A stretch of 64,000 nucleotides of DNA from Pseudomonadota bacterium (GCA_040384465.1 JAZKJF010000009.1:2129-66128); one strand, 5' to 3'; counted from the first letter of the stretch, positions 29,017 to 37,766 are shown. Translations and numbers: made by a program. The notes: generated by a model from the sequence alone, not told the origin.

Positions 29017-29042
29017 GGGTTCAAATCCCCCCGCCTCCACCA
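29017..29042 (+). repeat. attR core (duplicate of tmRNA 3' end)
   Basis: gggttcaaatccccccgcctccacca. Only 26 nt are duplicated, so this is not a second tmRNA or tRNA gene. Confidence 0.85.
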
Positions 29043-29092
29043 GACAAAAGAAAGGCCCTACCGGCGCTAGCTGATAGGGCCTTTCTTTTGTC
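29043..29092 (+). terminator. rho-independent-type hairpin, probably the original ssrA terminator
   Basis: gacaaaagaaaggccct ... agggcctttcttttgtc. A perfect 17-bp stem placed directly after attR. Confidence 0.8.
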
Positions 29093-29378
29093 TGGTCGAA
29101 CCATGGAGAGTTGGACTTGCACAGTCGGGGTAACCGCCATGGATGGCGGGAATGTCGGCAATGCAGGAGCATTTGCCGACGCACAAAACGGCAGGACAGC
29201 CGTTTTGCACAGCGACGAAGGAGCTGCCCCGAAGGGGCGAGGCACATGGATGTGCCGAGTGAAATCCCCCTGTGCTGCACTGATCAGAATGATCCAAAAG
29301 AACTGGACTGACGTTCCCTCTCCCGCAAAACTGATCCACCATCCCCCTTCCTTCGTACTCCTAGCAAGGAGAAACCTC

Positions 29379-29789
29379 ATGCAAATTGCCATTCTGTTCG
29401 TCGTGACATCCGTTGTCTTTCTGATCGCAGATGCCCTGATGCTGCGCGCCGTGATCCAGCCACTTTTCCAGCAGCACCTGGGCGGGCAACTGATCGATGG
29501 TTTGCGCGTGGCGCCTGCGGCATTGTTCTATCTGACCTACATGTTTGGCATCCTGTGGTTTGCGGGGCTGCCTGCCCTGCGAAATGACGCTCCGGTCAGC
29601 GCACTAATCCAAGGGGCAATACTGGGGTTTGTCGCGTACGGGACCTATGAACTCACGTCGTGGTCGATCATGCGCCAGTGGCATGGCTCAATGGTGGCTA
29701 TTGACTGGACCTGGGGCACGTTAATCACGGGAGTAGCAGCCTGGGCTGGAGTGATGGCCGCGAGGGCCTGGGACGCCGCCCCACGGTAA
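29379..29789 (+). CDS. DUF2177-like integral membrane protein
   Basis: 136 aa from ATG 29379 with AAGGAG at 29367-29372. Four predicted TM segments. The listed ORF from 29088 is an unlikely 5' extension. Confidence 0.65.
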   Translation: MQIAILFVVTSVVFLIADALMLRAVIQPLFQQHLGGQLIDGLRVAPAALFYLTYMFGILWFAGLPALRNDAPVSALIQGAILGFVAYGTYELTSWSIMRQWHGSMVAIDWTWGTLITGVAAWAGVMAARAWDAAPR

Positions 29790-29965
29790 TCAATTCTTAT
29801 GTCATGACAATTCAGAGCCACCCGATTCTTCACTGATATCAAAATCGTCTTGGCAGGCGACTGCCAATGCTGATTCGAGTCCCGAAAGTGAGCGGTATAC
29901 AACAGTCCTATGTTGTGACGGGGAGCTACACTGCCCGATCGCACACCCTTTACCGAGATGATGAC

Positions 29966-31048
29966 ATGGCCCAAAGCAGAATAACCAGACACCGTACTGC
30001 AGTGGTGATCGGGGTCACTCTGCTGTTGCTCGTCGGGCTCAGAGCGGCATTGCCCTTAATCGTCAAGGATCAGATCAACGCACGCCTCGCTTCATTGGAA
30101 GAATACAGCGGGCATCTGGAGGACATCGACCTCGCACTTTGGCGCGGGGAATACAACATTGTGAACTTGGTCATCGAGAAGAGGGGCGTCGACACGACTG
30201 TGCCATTCGTGTGGGTGCCACGGGCTGCCATCTCCCTCGAATGGAAAGCGTTACTGGATGGGGCCGTGGTGGGCGAAGTGGAACTGTTTGCTCCCGAGCT
30301 GCACTTGATCGCTGCCGATGATCCCACGCAGGAGCAGATCGGTGCGGGCGTGCGTTGGTACAGTCTGCTCGAAGAGCTGGTGCCCTTTACGATAAACCGC
30401 TTCGAGATCCAGGATGGTCACTTCCGGCTCGACGACGCAGATGTTAAGCGTCCCCTCGATGTCCACATTCACGATATCGATGCACTCGCCACCAATCTTT
30501 CCAATGCGCGTGACACGGAAGCAGACAGCTTTGCCAGTGCTGCCCTGACAGGTCTCTTCGGTGCAGGAACTCCCCTGGCGATCAACGGTCAGTTGAGTCC
30601 CCTGGCAGACCCACCTGTCTTCGAGGTCGATGTGCGGTTGGAGGCTCTGCCTCTGACACAACTCAATGGTCTGCTGAACGCCTACATCGGCGTGGATGCG
30701 GAAGCGGGCGAGTTCTCGGTATTTGCGGAATTTGCGTCCGCCAACGGTCGCTTCGAAGGTTATATCAAACCCATATTGGCCAATGCGGAGTTCTTCAGCC
30801 TGGGGAACGAGGACAATCTGCTGCGCAATATCTGGGAGGGAATCGTCGCGGTTACTGCGGTACTTCTGCAGAATCAACCAGAGGACCAGTTCGCGTCGGT
30901 GATTCCGTTCTCGGGAGAGCTAGCGGACATCGACGCGGACGTCCTGTCCGCCATGCGGAGCATTCTGCGTAATGCTTTCGTCAGCGCACTGGAACTGAAG
31001 CTGGATAATACCGTCGAGATTGAAAACCTAGGAGCTGACGGCCAGTAA
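29966..31048 (+). CDS. DUF748 domain-containing membrane-anchored protein
   Basis: MAQSRITRHRTAVVIGVTLLLLVG anchor, then the YSGHLEDIDLALWRGEYNIVNLVIEK pattern typical of DUF748. Confidence 0.7.
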   Translation: MAQSRITRHRTAVVIGVTLLLLVGLRAALPLIVKDQINARLASLEEYSGHLEDIDLALWRGEYNIVNLVIEKRGVDTTVPFVWVPRAAISLEWKALLDGAVVGEVELFAPELHLIAADDPTQEQIGAGVRWYSLLEELVPFTINRFEIQDGHFRLDDADVKRPLDVHIHDIDALATNLSNARDTEADSFASAALTGLFGAGTPLAINGQLSPLADPPVFEVDVRLEALPLTQLNGLLNAYIGVDAEAGEFSVFAEFASANGRFEGYIKPILANAEFFSLGNEDNLLRNIWEGIVAVTAVLLQNQPEDQFASVIPFSGELADIDADVLSAMRSILRNAFVSALELKLDNTVEIENLGADGQ

Positions 31049-31080
31049 CCGCTCCTTTCACTCTCTAAAAACCTTAAAAT

Positions 31081-31126
31081 GTTTCTCATTGTTGACATGT
31101 ATGCGTATTTGTCCATAATGAGAAAC
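31081..31126 (+). promoter_or_regulatory. sigma-70-like promoter bracketed by a perfect 10-bp inverted repeat (candidate antitoxin operator)
   Basis: TTGACA (31092-31097), 16 nt, CATAAT (31114-31119). Inverted-repeat arms are gtttctcatt (31081-31090) and aatgagaaac (31117-31126). Confidence 0.55.
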
Positions 31127-31129
31127 ACT

Positions 31130-31621
31130 ATGCCGTCTCCAACCCCCACCATAGCAAGCAATGTCGCTGACACACTCAGCGCTTTAGGCACTCAGATTCG
31201 TGCCCACCGAAAAGCTTTGCGCATCAGTGCAACAACCGTTGCGGAAGCAGCGGGGATGTCGCGCGTCACGTTACACAGAATTGAGAACGGCGAGCCGTCT
31301 GTCACCATGGGTGCCTATCTGAATGCCCTGGCAGCCTTGGGAATGGATTTCGGTATCATCATTTCAGACATGCCAGAAACTGGCAGACAAGTTGAAAATC
31401 GTAAGGGTTGGATACCCGCGCGCATCCTGCTTAGCGACTATCCACAACTCAAACAACTCGCCTGGCAGGTGCAGGGAACCAATGCACTGACGCCGACGGA
31501 AGCCCTGAGTATTTACGAACGCAACTCGCGTCATATGGACATGCAGGCACTGGCTCCTCATGAGCGCGATCTGATTGAGGCGCTCCAAACAGGGCTGAGC
31601 CAGCGAGATACTCATGTTTGA
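31130..31621 (+). CDS. XRE-family HTH protein, probable antitoxin of the AbiEii-type toxin
   Basis: LGTQIRAHRKALRISATTVAEAAGMSRVTLHRIENGEPS is an XRE HTH, followed by an extra C-terminal domain. Overlaps the downstream gene by 8 nt. The start is ambiguous (31118 or 31130). Confidence 0.75.
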   Translation: MPSPTPTIASNVADTLSALGTQIRAHRKALRISATTVAEAAGMSRVTLHRIENGEPSVTMGAYLNALAALGMDFGIIISDMPETGRQVENRKGWIPARILLSDYPQLKQLAWQVQGTNALTPTEALSIYERNSRHMDMQALAPHERDLIEALQTGLSQRDTHV

Positions 31622-32324
31622 ACGCTCACATCATCAGCGAATCGCTCAAGTGCTGAACTCTCTCAACGGTTCTCTGCTGAGAGAAAACAACTGCCTGTTT
31701 GGTGGAGGCACCGCTATTGCGCTGCTCTACGAGGAATATCGGGAGTCTGTCGATATCGACTTTCTGGTCTCGGATATCAGCAGCTACAGCAATCTGCGTC
31801 ACTTGCTTACGGGAGCCCAAGGAATAACAGCACTGCTGCGGGAGAGCCCCGCTCCTTTTGTGCAAGCGCGCGAGGTCCGCGCCGACCAGTATGGAATCAG
31901 AACAATGCTGCAAGTGGGTGATCAGCTGATCAAGTTCGAAATCATCCTTGAAGGTCGTATAAAGCTCGACAAGCCTGCAGCCGATGACGAAATCTGCGGC
32001 ATCGCGACGCTTAGCGAATTGGATATGGCGTGCAGCAAACTGTTAGCCAACTCGGATCGATGGAATGACGACGGTGTTTTCAATCGAGACATCATTGATC
32101 TCGCGATGATGACCCCATCACTTGGGCTCCTGCGCTCTGCGGTTGCGAAAGCCGAATCCGCCTATGGGCCAGCCATCCGCCGGGATCTTGGCAATGCACT
32201 GGACAGAATGCAGAACCGCCATGACTGGCTGGAGCGCTGCATGACCGTCATGGCAATCACTCTGCCCAAGGCGCTTGTATGGCAAAAACTTCGCGCGCTG
32301 CGCAGGGTTCTTAGCTCCTCATGA
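31614..32324 (+). CDS. nucleotidyltransferase AbiEii/AbiGii (DUF1814) family toxin
   Basis: 236 aa. LFGGGTAIALLYEEYRESVDIDFLV matches the AbiEii nucleotidyltransferase motif. Confidence 0.8.
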   Translation: MFERSHHQRIAQVLNSLNGSLLRENNCLFGGGTAIALLYEEYRESVDIDFLVSDISSYSNLRHLLTGAQGITALLRESPAPFVQAREVRADQYGIRTMLQVGDQLIKFEIILEGRIKLDKPAADDEICGIATLSELDMACSKLLANSDRWNDDGVFNRDIIDLAMMTPSLGLLRSAVAKAESAYGPAIRRDLGNALDRMQNRHDWLERCMTVMAITLPKALVWQKLRALRRVLSSS

Positions 32325-32360
32325 GCGCTACTCACTAACCGCATGGATGTGAAAAGTCTC

Positions 32361-32431
32361 CTGTGGGAGCGGGCCCGCCCACGATTGAATTTAATGTTGT
32401 CATCTATCGCGGGCAGGGCCCGCTCCCACAG
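32361..32431. repeat. REP-like element, family 1 (inverted pair)
   Basis: ctgtgggagcgggcccgcccacga (32361-32384) and tcgcgggcagggcccgctcccacag (32407-32431). Located between convergent genes. Confidence 0.7.
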
Positions 32432-32441
32432 GGCTCGAGAA

Positions 32442-34073
32442 TCACACGCGCCGAATGGCAGGATTTCCTGCCAGAGTCTCCAGTGTTGCACCCGACACTA
32501 ATTCATAGTTTCGGTCGGTAATTGTCGACACAAAGTGCCAGGTAGCACGAACCTTGTCGCGCTGCACATCCAGCTCCACCCAACCGCGACCATTGGCCTT
32601 CATGTACTTCAATTCCGGGCTCGCCTGCAGGGTGGCTTCCTCCAGGCGCCCTTCCGGCAGCGTAAGGAAATTCTCGAATCCGGGTGAGGTGACACTTGGG
32701 GTCCCAAACTCCACAGCCACAATCTGGTTGTCGTCCGCATGCAGGTCGAAGGCCCAGGAGCTGTGTGTGTCGCCCGCCAGCACCACGACATTGTTGGCGT
32801 GCTCGCGAAATGCTTTCAGTGTGCGCGAGCGGTTTTCCGGATAACCGTCCCAAGCATCCAGGTTCAGAGGCAAGCCCTGCCGACCGCGAGTGCGCAGCAT
32901 GCCATAGCGACCTGCAAGAATGGCGTCGCGCTGCACTGGATCAAGCTCCTCGTCACTAATCTGCGGCGGGAACAACTTGCCTATCAACAACTGCTGGCCA
33001 ACAATCTGCCAGGGTTTGCCAGCCTGTGCCGAGCGTTGCAGCTCGCTGGCCAGCCAGCTTTCCTGAGTCGTGCCCATGATGCTGCGCTGATCGTCCGCGA
33101 GGCGGCTGCGCAAGGTGTCGATGTTCATGTCGTGGGAAAGCTGTTCGTCGCGCCCGATCAAGCGAGTATCCAGCATGATCAGCGTGGCCAGATCGCCAAA
33201 CTCGAAGGAGCGGTAGATGATGCCTTCTTCCAGGCTGCCCTGATCACGAATCGGCAACCACTCATGGTAAGCCTGTATGGCAGCCAGACGACGGGCGTCG
33301 AAGGCGCCTTCCCCTTCATTGTGATTCTCGGCGCCGGTTTGCCAGGTGTTGTTGGTGATTTCGTGGTCGTCCCAGACACAGATGAAGGGATGGTTCTGAT
33401 GGGCTGCCTGCAGGTCGACATCCGTCCGGTACAGACCGTAGCGCATCCGGTAGTCCTCAATGCTGACGATTTCGTTTTCCGGCTGCACGTTGCGCCCTAG
33501 CTCCAGCATCATAGGGTTTGCATAGTCACCCTCTGCATATTCATAGATGTAGTCGCCCAAATGCAGCACAGCGTCGCAGGGGCGGTTCGCCACCTCTTTG
33601 TAGACATTGAAATAGCCCTGCGGATAGTTGGAGCAGGACAGCACGGCAAGACGCAGCGACTCGACGCCAGCTTCCGGCAAAGTGCGTGTCTTTCCTGTGA
33701 CGCTGTAGACCCCCTGAGCCGAGAAGCGATAGAAATACTGGCTGGCAGGAGACAGCCCGGCAGCATCAACCTTGACGGTATAGTCGCTACTGCTGTCCGT
33801 CGTGGTCGAGCCGCTGGAGATGATCTGCTGAAACGCTTCGTCCGTGGCAATCTCCCATGCCACATCCAGACGTTCGGCCGTGCCGCTGCCCGGCAGCACG
33901 CGAGTCCACAGAATCACCCTGTCGGCAAGCGGATCGCCGCTGGCCACGCCATGGGTAAAGTGTGCTGCGGCAGCGGCCAACACCGGGTAGCCGCGCAATG
34001 CCAGCGCCCCTAGAGTGGCGGTAGCTCCGGCAAGGAAGCGCCGACGATTGACGCGAAGCGGGTCGAGGGACAT
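32442..34073 (-). CDS. phoD: alkaline phosphatase D family protein (Tat-exported)
   Basis: 543 aa. The twin-arginine signal NRRRFLAGATATLGALAL is followed by a PhoD-like metallophosphatase core (GDYIYEY, WDDHE). Confidence 0.9.
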   Translation of the reverse strand: MSLDPLRVNRRRFLAGATATLGALALRGYPVLAAAAAHFTHGVASGDPLADRVILWTRVLPGSGTAERLDVAWEIATDEAFQQIISSGSTTTDSSSDYTVKVDAAGLSPASQYFYRFSAQGVYSVTGKTRTLPEAGVESLRLAVLSCSNYPQGYFNVYKEVANRPCDAVLHLGDYIYEYAEGDYANPMMLELGRNVQPENEIVSIEDYRMRYGLYRTDVDLQAAHQNHPFICVWDDHEITNNTWQTGAENHNEGEGAFDARRLAAIQAYHEWLPIRDQGSLEEGIIYRSFEFGDLATLIMLDTRLIGRDEQLSHDMNIDTLRSRLADDQRSIMGTTQESWLASELQRSAQAGKPWQIVGQQLLIGKLFPPQISDEELDPVQRDAILAGRYGMLRTRGRQGLPLNLDAWDGYPENRSRTLKAFREHANNVVVLAGDTHSSWAFDLHADDNQIVAVEFGTPSVTSPGFENFLTLPEGRLEEATLQASPELKYMKANGRGWVELDVQRDKVRATWHFVSTITDRNYELVSGATLETLAGNPAIRRV

Positions 34074-34111
34074 GGCAGGGCTCCGGTAGTGAATTGGTTT
34101 TAAAAAAAGGA

Positions 34112-36610
34112 TCAGAACGGAATTCTTAAGCCCGCACCCACGCGGTGTTCTGTTCCTTCCTCTTCACCAATCCGTGCGCCAAGGTTCAGCCACCAGTTCC
34201 AATTTTCGGAAACGAATCCGGTGAGTGTCAGGGATGGTTCGATGACGGCTTGCGAGAAATGCTCAACGACGACGGATTGCGTCCCCATGGCATGATTGGC
34301 GCTGGCCAATCGCAAACGGGCGACATTGCTGTCGACATCGCTCTCGCCGGTGTAAGTCAAGCGCAGGATCGAGCGCATGCTGCCCAAATCCATGGAGGCC
34401 TCTCCGCCGACATAGGTGGCACTCCCGTCGGACTTGAGAGACGGATACGCAATATTGCCCCCCGCCGCACCGGATTCGATGTAATCGCCGATCGCTGTTT
34501 CCATCCAGCGCAGACCCGCCAAGGGACCAAACTGCACATTCCCGCGACTCATCAGGTAGCCCAGTTCGCCTGTGAAGGTAAAGGTGTTGATATTGGTGTC
34601 GCCGGATGCGGTCTGGCCATAGGCGCCTGCGCGTGTGATGTTCTCAAAACGCATGTCGCCGTAGGAACCGATAGCATTGGCATACAGCCCACCACTGCGA
34701 AGCGAGCCATACAAGGAGAACTGGTAGCTCTCTTGATCGGCATTGTAAGTGCCGCTGGTTTTCGGTTCGCCTTCGTAATAGCCCACCGATGCGCCCAGCA
34801 CGATCTGGTCGTTCAAGTTGCTGTCAAAGCCTACGGTAGCTCCGGTTGAGCGGACGCCAACCAAAGAGCCTGATTCGGATCTGGACAGCCAGTCGCCAGC
34901 AGCCCAGACAGCAATATTCCCGCTCGTTTGCACCGCAGCGGCGCCGCCGTGTCTCTGGGTCAGGAAATGCTGACCGACGTTGTCGGAATTCAACAGGGAC
35001 AAGTCGCGTGCGGCCTGTGCTGTCATACCGATAGTTGTCGGCGCTGCGGCGCTCATGGCCTGTAGATATTGCGAGTCAACGTACGTGGGCAGAGTCATCC
35101 GGTAAGACAGAACCAACGCATCGCTGTTGACGGATTGCGCGCAATTCTGGCCGCCGACACTGCAGGTGGAGGACAGGAAGTCATTGTCGTTGGCAACCAG
35201 CAGGAAGAAATCCTGGGGAGCGCTTTCATCAAGTGCAGGCAGCAGGGCCATGCCTTCCAGTTTCTCTGTCAGTGTCAGTCTGGTCGGTGCAGTGTTGTTG
35301 ATATTGATGCCGAACTTGCCCAACTGCGTGGTGTTGAGGATATTGATGACTTCCACCTGACTGACCGGCGTAATCGTCGAATTGAGCACGCCACCGGGTG
35401 CCACGGAAGTCGTCGTGGTTTCGAAGGGCGTCCCAGCAATGTTGGTCGCACCGGCGGTATCGATCAGCAACACGCTCTTGTACACCGGATTCAGCAAAGC
35501 CTGACCGAGGCCGTTGCCATCGCGTGACAGCACCAGGAACTGAGTGTCGTTCAACGCCAGCAGTTCCGATTGGGCTGCAGTGCGATTGGCGGCAGTGCCG
35601 TTGCCATTGGAGGTAAAGACTGGCAATTGCATCACGTAGTGGCTGACCGGTGCGCCCGGCGTGGCATTTTGGGAAATGTCATAGATCATCAGGCGAGTAT
35701 TGGTACGAGTTTGCTGGGCGGTGGTGCTGTCTTGCATGGGGGCGCTTTGCAGCAAGGTAGCCAGTTTTTTGTTGTCGGGCGTCAGCGCAATGCCTTCAAG
35801 CCCCTGATTGAGACGACGTCCTGTCGTTGCATCCGTGAGGGAGGTGAAGGACAGGCCGGTGGCTGTTCTGGGCATCAGAGCAGCAGGCGGTTGGATCACG
35901 CCCTTCATGTTGCCGGTCTTGTCGAAGTAATAGACATTGGCGCCATATTCATCGGACACATAAAAAGCGCCGTTGTTGAGGAAGCGTAAACCCTCCGCGT
36001 CAAGGCTGATCTTTCCTGCGGCAGCTCCTGTGGTGGAGCCGGGCAGGGACTTGCCATCCTGAGTGACGAACGCGGTGTCGCCAGTACCCGGATCAAGACC
36101 GGTGGTGACCTTGCCGTTGAAGTCTTTGAAGAAGAAGCCACCGGTTTGCACAAGGCCCAACTGCTGCTGAGAGTCGGCGCTGACCGGAAGATTCGTAGTG
36201 GAGGTATAGGGGGTAAAATTCATTGTAAAGCTGCTGACGCGGCCGGGGTAATCACTGAATGTGACATTGCCTACGCCATTGGGTCCGCGATCCGGCAGTG
36301 CGAACAAGGTCCCTGAATAACCAGTGGCATTTTTGCGCCAGGTGCCAGGCAGAACATCAAGTCCAGAAAAAGCGCCAAAGGTGTCACCGTTGAAATCCAG
36401 TGTGCTGGCAGGCAGACGCGCCACACCTTGCAAGCCCTGGTTGACAAAGGTCTGACCATTGAAGGTCGTAGAGGTTGCCCCCGCAGTCGTGACGACATTG
36501 GGTGTGGTATAGGTCGTTGGTGCAGCGAGTGCCTGGTTGGCAAGCATGACGCCGAAAGCAATGCTGGAAAAAACGGGAGACTTAAAACGCAAGCGACAAG
36601 CTGACACCAT
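34112..36610 (-). CDS. autotransporter with a phytase-like (esterase-like activity of phytase) passenger domain
   Basis: 832 aa. Signal peptide, then a passenger with GLEGIAL / LEGMAL beta-propeller-type motifs. The C-terminal beta-barrel of about 280 aa ends ...GAGLRIPF. Confidence 0.75.
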   Translation of the reverse strand: MVSACRLRFKSPVFSSIAFGVMLANQALAAPTTYTTPNVVTTAGATSTTFNGQTFVNQGLQGVARLPASTLDFNGDTFGAFSGLDVLPGTWRKNATGYSGTLFALPDRGPNGVGNVTFSDYPGRVSSFTMNFTPYTSTTNLPVSADSQQQLGLVQTGGFFFKDFNGKVTTGLDPGTGDTAFVTQDGKSLPGSTTGAAAGKISLDAEGLRFLNNGAFYVSDEYGANVYYFDKTGNMKGVIQPPAALMPRTATGLSFTSLTDATTGRRLNQGLEGIALTPDNKKLATLLQSAPMQDSTTAQQTRTNTRLMIYDISQNATPGAPVSHYVMQLPVFTSNGNGTAANRTAAQSELLALNDTQFLVLSRDGNGLGQALLNPVYKSVLLIDTAGATNIAGTPFETTTTSVAPGGVLNSTITPVSQVEVINILNTTQLGKFGININNTAPTRLTLTEKLEGMALLPALDESAPQDFFLLVANDNDFLSSTCSVGGQNCAQSVNSDALVLSYRMTLPTYVDSQYLQAMSAAAPTTIGMTAQAARDLSLLNSDNVGQHFLTQRHGGAAAVQTSGNIAVWAAGDWLSRSESGSLVGVRSTGATVGFDSNLNDQIVLGASVGYYEGEPKTSGTYNADQESYQFSLYGSLRSGGLYANAIGSYGDMRFENITRAGAYGQTASGDTNINTFTFTGELGYLMSRGNVQFGPLAGLRWMETAIGDYIESGAAGGNIAYPSLKSDGSATYVGGEASMDLGSMRSILRLTYTGESDVDSNVARLRLASANHAMGTQSVVVEHFSQAVIEPSLTLTGFVSENWNWWLNLGARIGEEEGTEHRVGAGLRIPF

Positions 36611-36677
36611 TGGAAAAACCCTCTACTGCAAAATAACCATTACCTGGAAAAACCGTTTATTCTTCTTCAATACAACC

Positions 36678-37766
36678 TTACTGACCGAGGCTCTCCACTA
36701 GCCCCGCTCCACGCAACAGATCGCCTACCGCATAAAAATGAAAAGTCCTGTCCGTAGACATGGCGGCGAAAATTCCACTCGGGAAACCCGGAAGCGCAAC
36801 AGCCGTGATATCGCTGCCGTCACTTTCTACAGTCGACAATGGCACGCTTCCCAGCAGCGTGTGCTGCAGCGGGTTGCCACCATCGCCTTCGCGCGGATAG
36901 AGATTGAAGCGGTTGGCCTGCTGGTCGGAAACGAGCAGGTAACCGGTGCCATCCGCGCGCTTGTAGATCGATATCCCTTCGCGGTCTTCGGTAAACCCGT
37001 CCAGGCCGAACACAGCTAACTGCTCGTCGGCGTCTTCTTGGAGCGGGTCGGCGTGGTATTTGCGGATGCCGTAGTTCTCGTCGCTGTAGTAGACATAGCC
37101 GAGTTCATTGTCGACAGCGATGGCCTCGATTTCCTTGGTGCCGCTCCAGCTTCCGAAGGCGCGGCTGAACACTCCGCGCAACTGACCAGTGCCGTCATCC
37201 ACGAGACGGTACTGGTGCAGATACCCTTCCGTGGGTGCGAAGGCATCGGAGCGACTGACGATGGCGAACAACGCGCCATCGCTCGGTCGGGTATACAGCG
37301 CAATGCCCATGACATCGCGCGCTCGTTCGTCTTCAAAAACCGGAATGCCGCCACCATCCACAGGTGCCATATCCGGCAGACGATAGATCCGCAGTCGCTT
37401 CGCATAACGCTCGGAGACCACAGCAACATCGACCTTCTGCCCAGCTACCATGACGCCATAAGCGATGTCGACATTGTTGGGTCGCAGCAATCCGCGCACG
37501 ACCTTCTCCTGCACAATGTTGCCATTGAGATCGAACACATAGAGCGCGCCATCAGCATCCTTGTCGGTGCCCAGCACCAGGCTGGCGGCTGGGTCTGCTG
37601 GGTTGATCCAGATAGCGGGATCATCCGTGTCGTAGCGTACGGGTTCGGTGACCAGACGCGGCACCAGCGCCGCGTCGGCCGCCTCTACTGCGCTGCCCGA
37701 AAGCAGCAACAGTGATGCAATCAATCGCGGGCGGGCCCGCTCCCACAGGGTCACGTGGCAGCTCAA
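36678..37766 (-). CDS. beta-propeller phytase (3-phytase family)
   Basis: VTEPVRYDTDDPAIWINPADP...GTDK is characteristic of BPP phytases. The start is uncertain (TTG 37766 or GTG 37754). The N-terminal signal region is encoded by a REP-like element. Confidence 0.8.
   Translation of the reverse strand: MSCHVTLWERARPRLIASLLLLSGSAVEAADAALVPRLVTEPVRYDTDDPAIWINPADPAASLVLGTDKDADGALYVFDLNGNIVQEKVVRGLLRPNNVDIAYGVMVAGQKVDVAVVSERYAKRLRIYRLPDMAPVDGGGIPVFEDERARDVMGIALYTRPSDGALFAIVSRSDAFAPTEGYLHQYRLVDDGTGQLRGVFSRAFGSWSGTKEIEAIAVDNELGYVYYSDENYGIRKYHADPLQEDADEQLAVFGLDGFTEDREGISIYKRADGTGYLLVSDQQANRFNLYPREGDGGNPLQHTLLGSVPLSTVESDGSDITAVALPGFPSGIFAAMSTDRTFHFYAVGDLLRGAGLVESLGQ
37723..37747. repeat. REP-like element, family 1 (single copy) inside the phytase 5' coding region
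   Basis: atcgcgggcgggcccgctcccacag closely matches the right arm at 32407-32431. Confidence 0.65.

Larger units (their letters stand above)
24012..29042 (+). mobile_element. about 5.0-kb integrative element (CP4-57/P4-like, satellite- or IME-like) inserted in the 3' end of ssrA
   Basis: Bounded by a perfect 26-bp direct repeat of the tmRNA 3' end. Carries an integrase next to attL, alpA, and a Rep-like gene with iterons. The native ssrA terminator is displaced to just after attR. Confidence 0.85.

Noticed and set aside
29017-29042. Possible second tmRNA or tRNA gene, because of the GGTTCAAATCC...CCACCA sequence.
   Set aside because: Only 26 nt are duplicated. The upstream sequence has no acceptor, D or anticodon arms. 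It is the attR copy.
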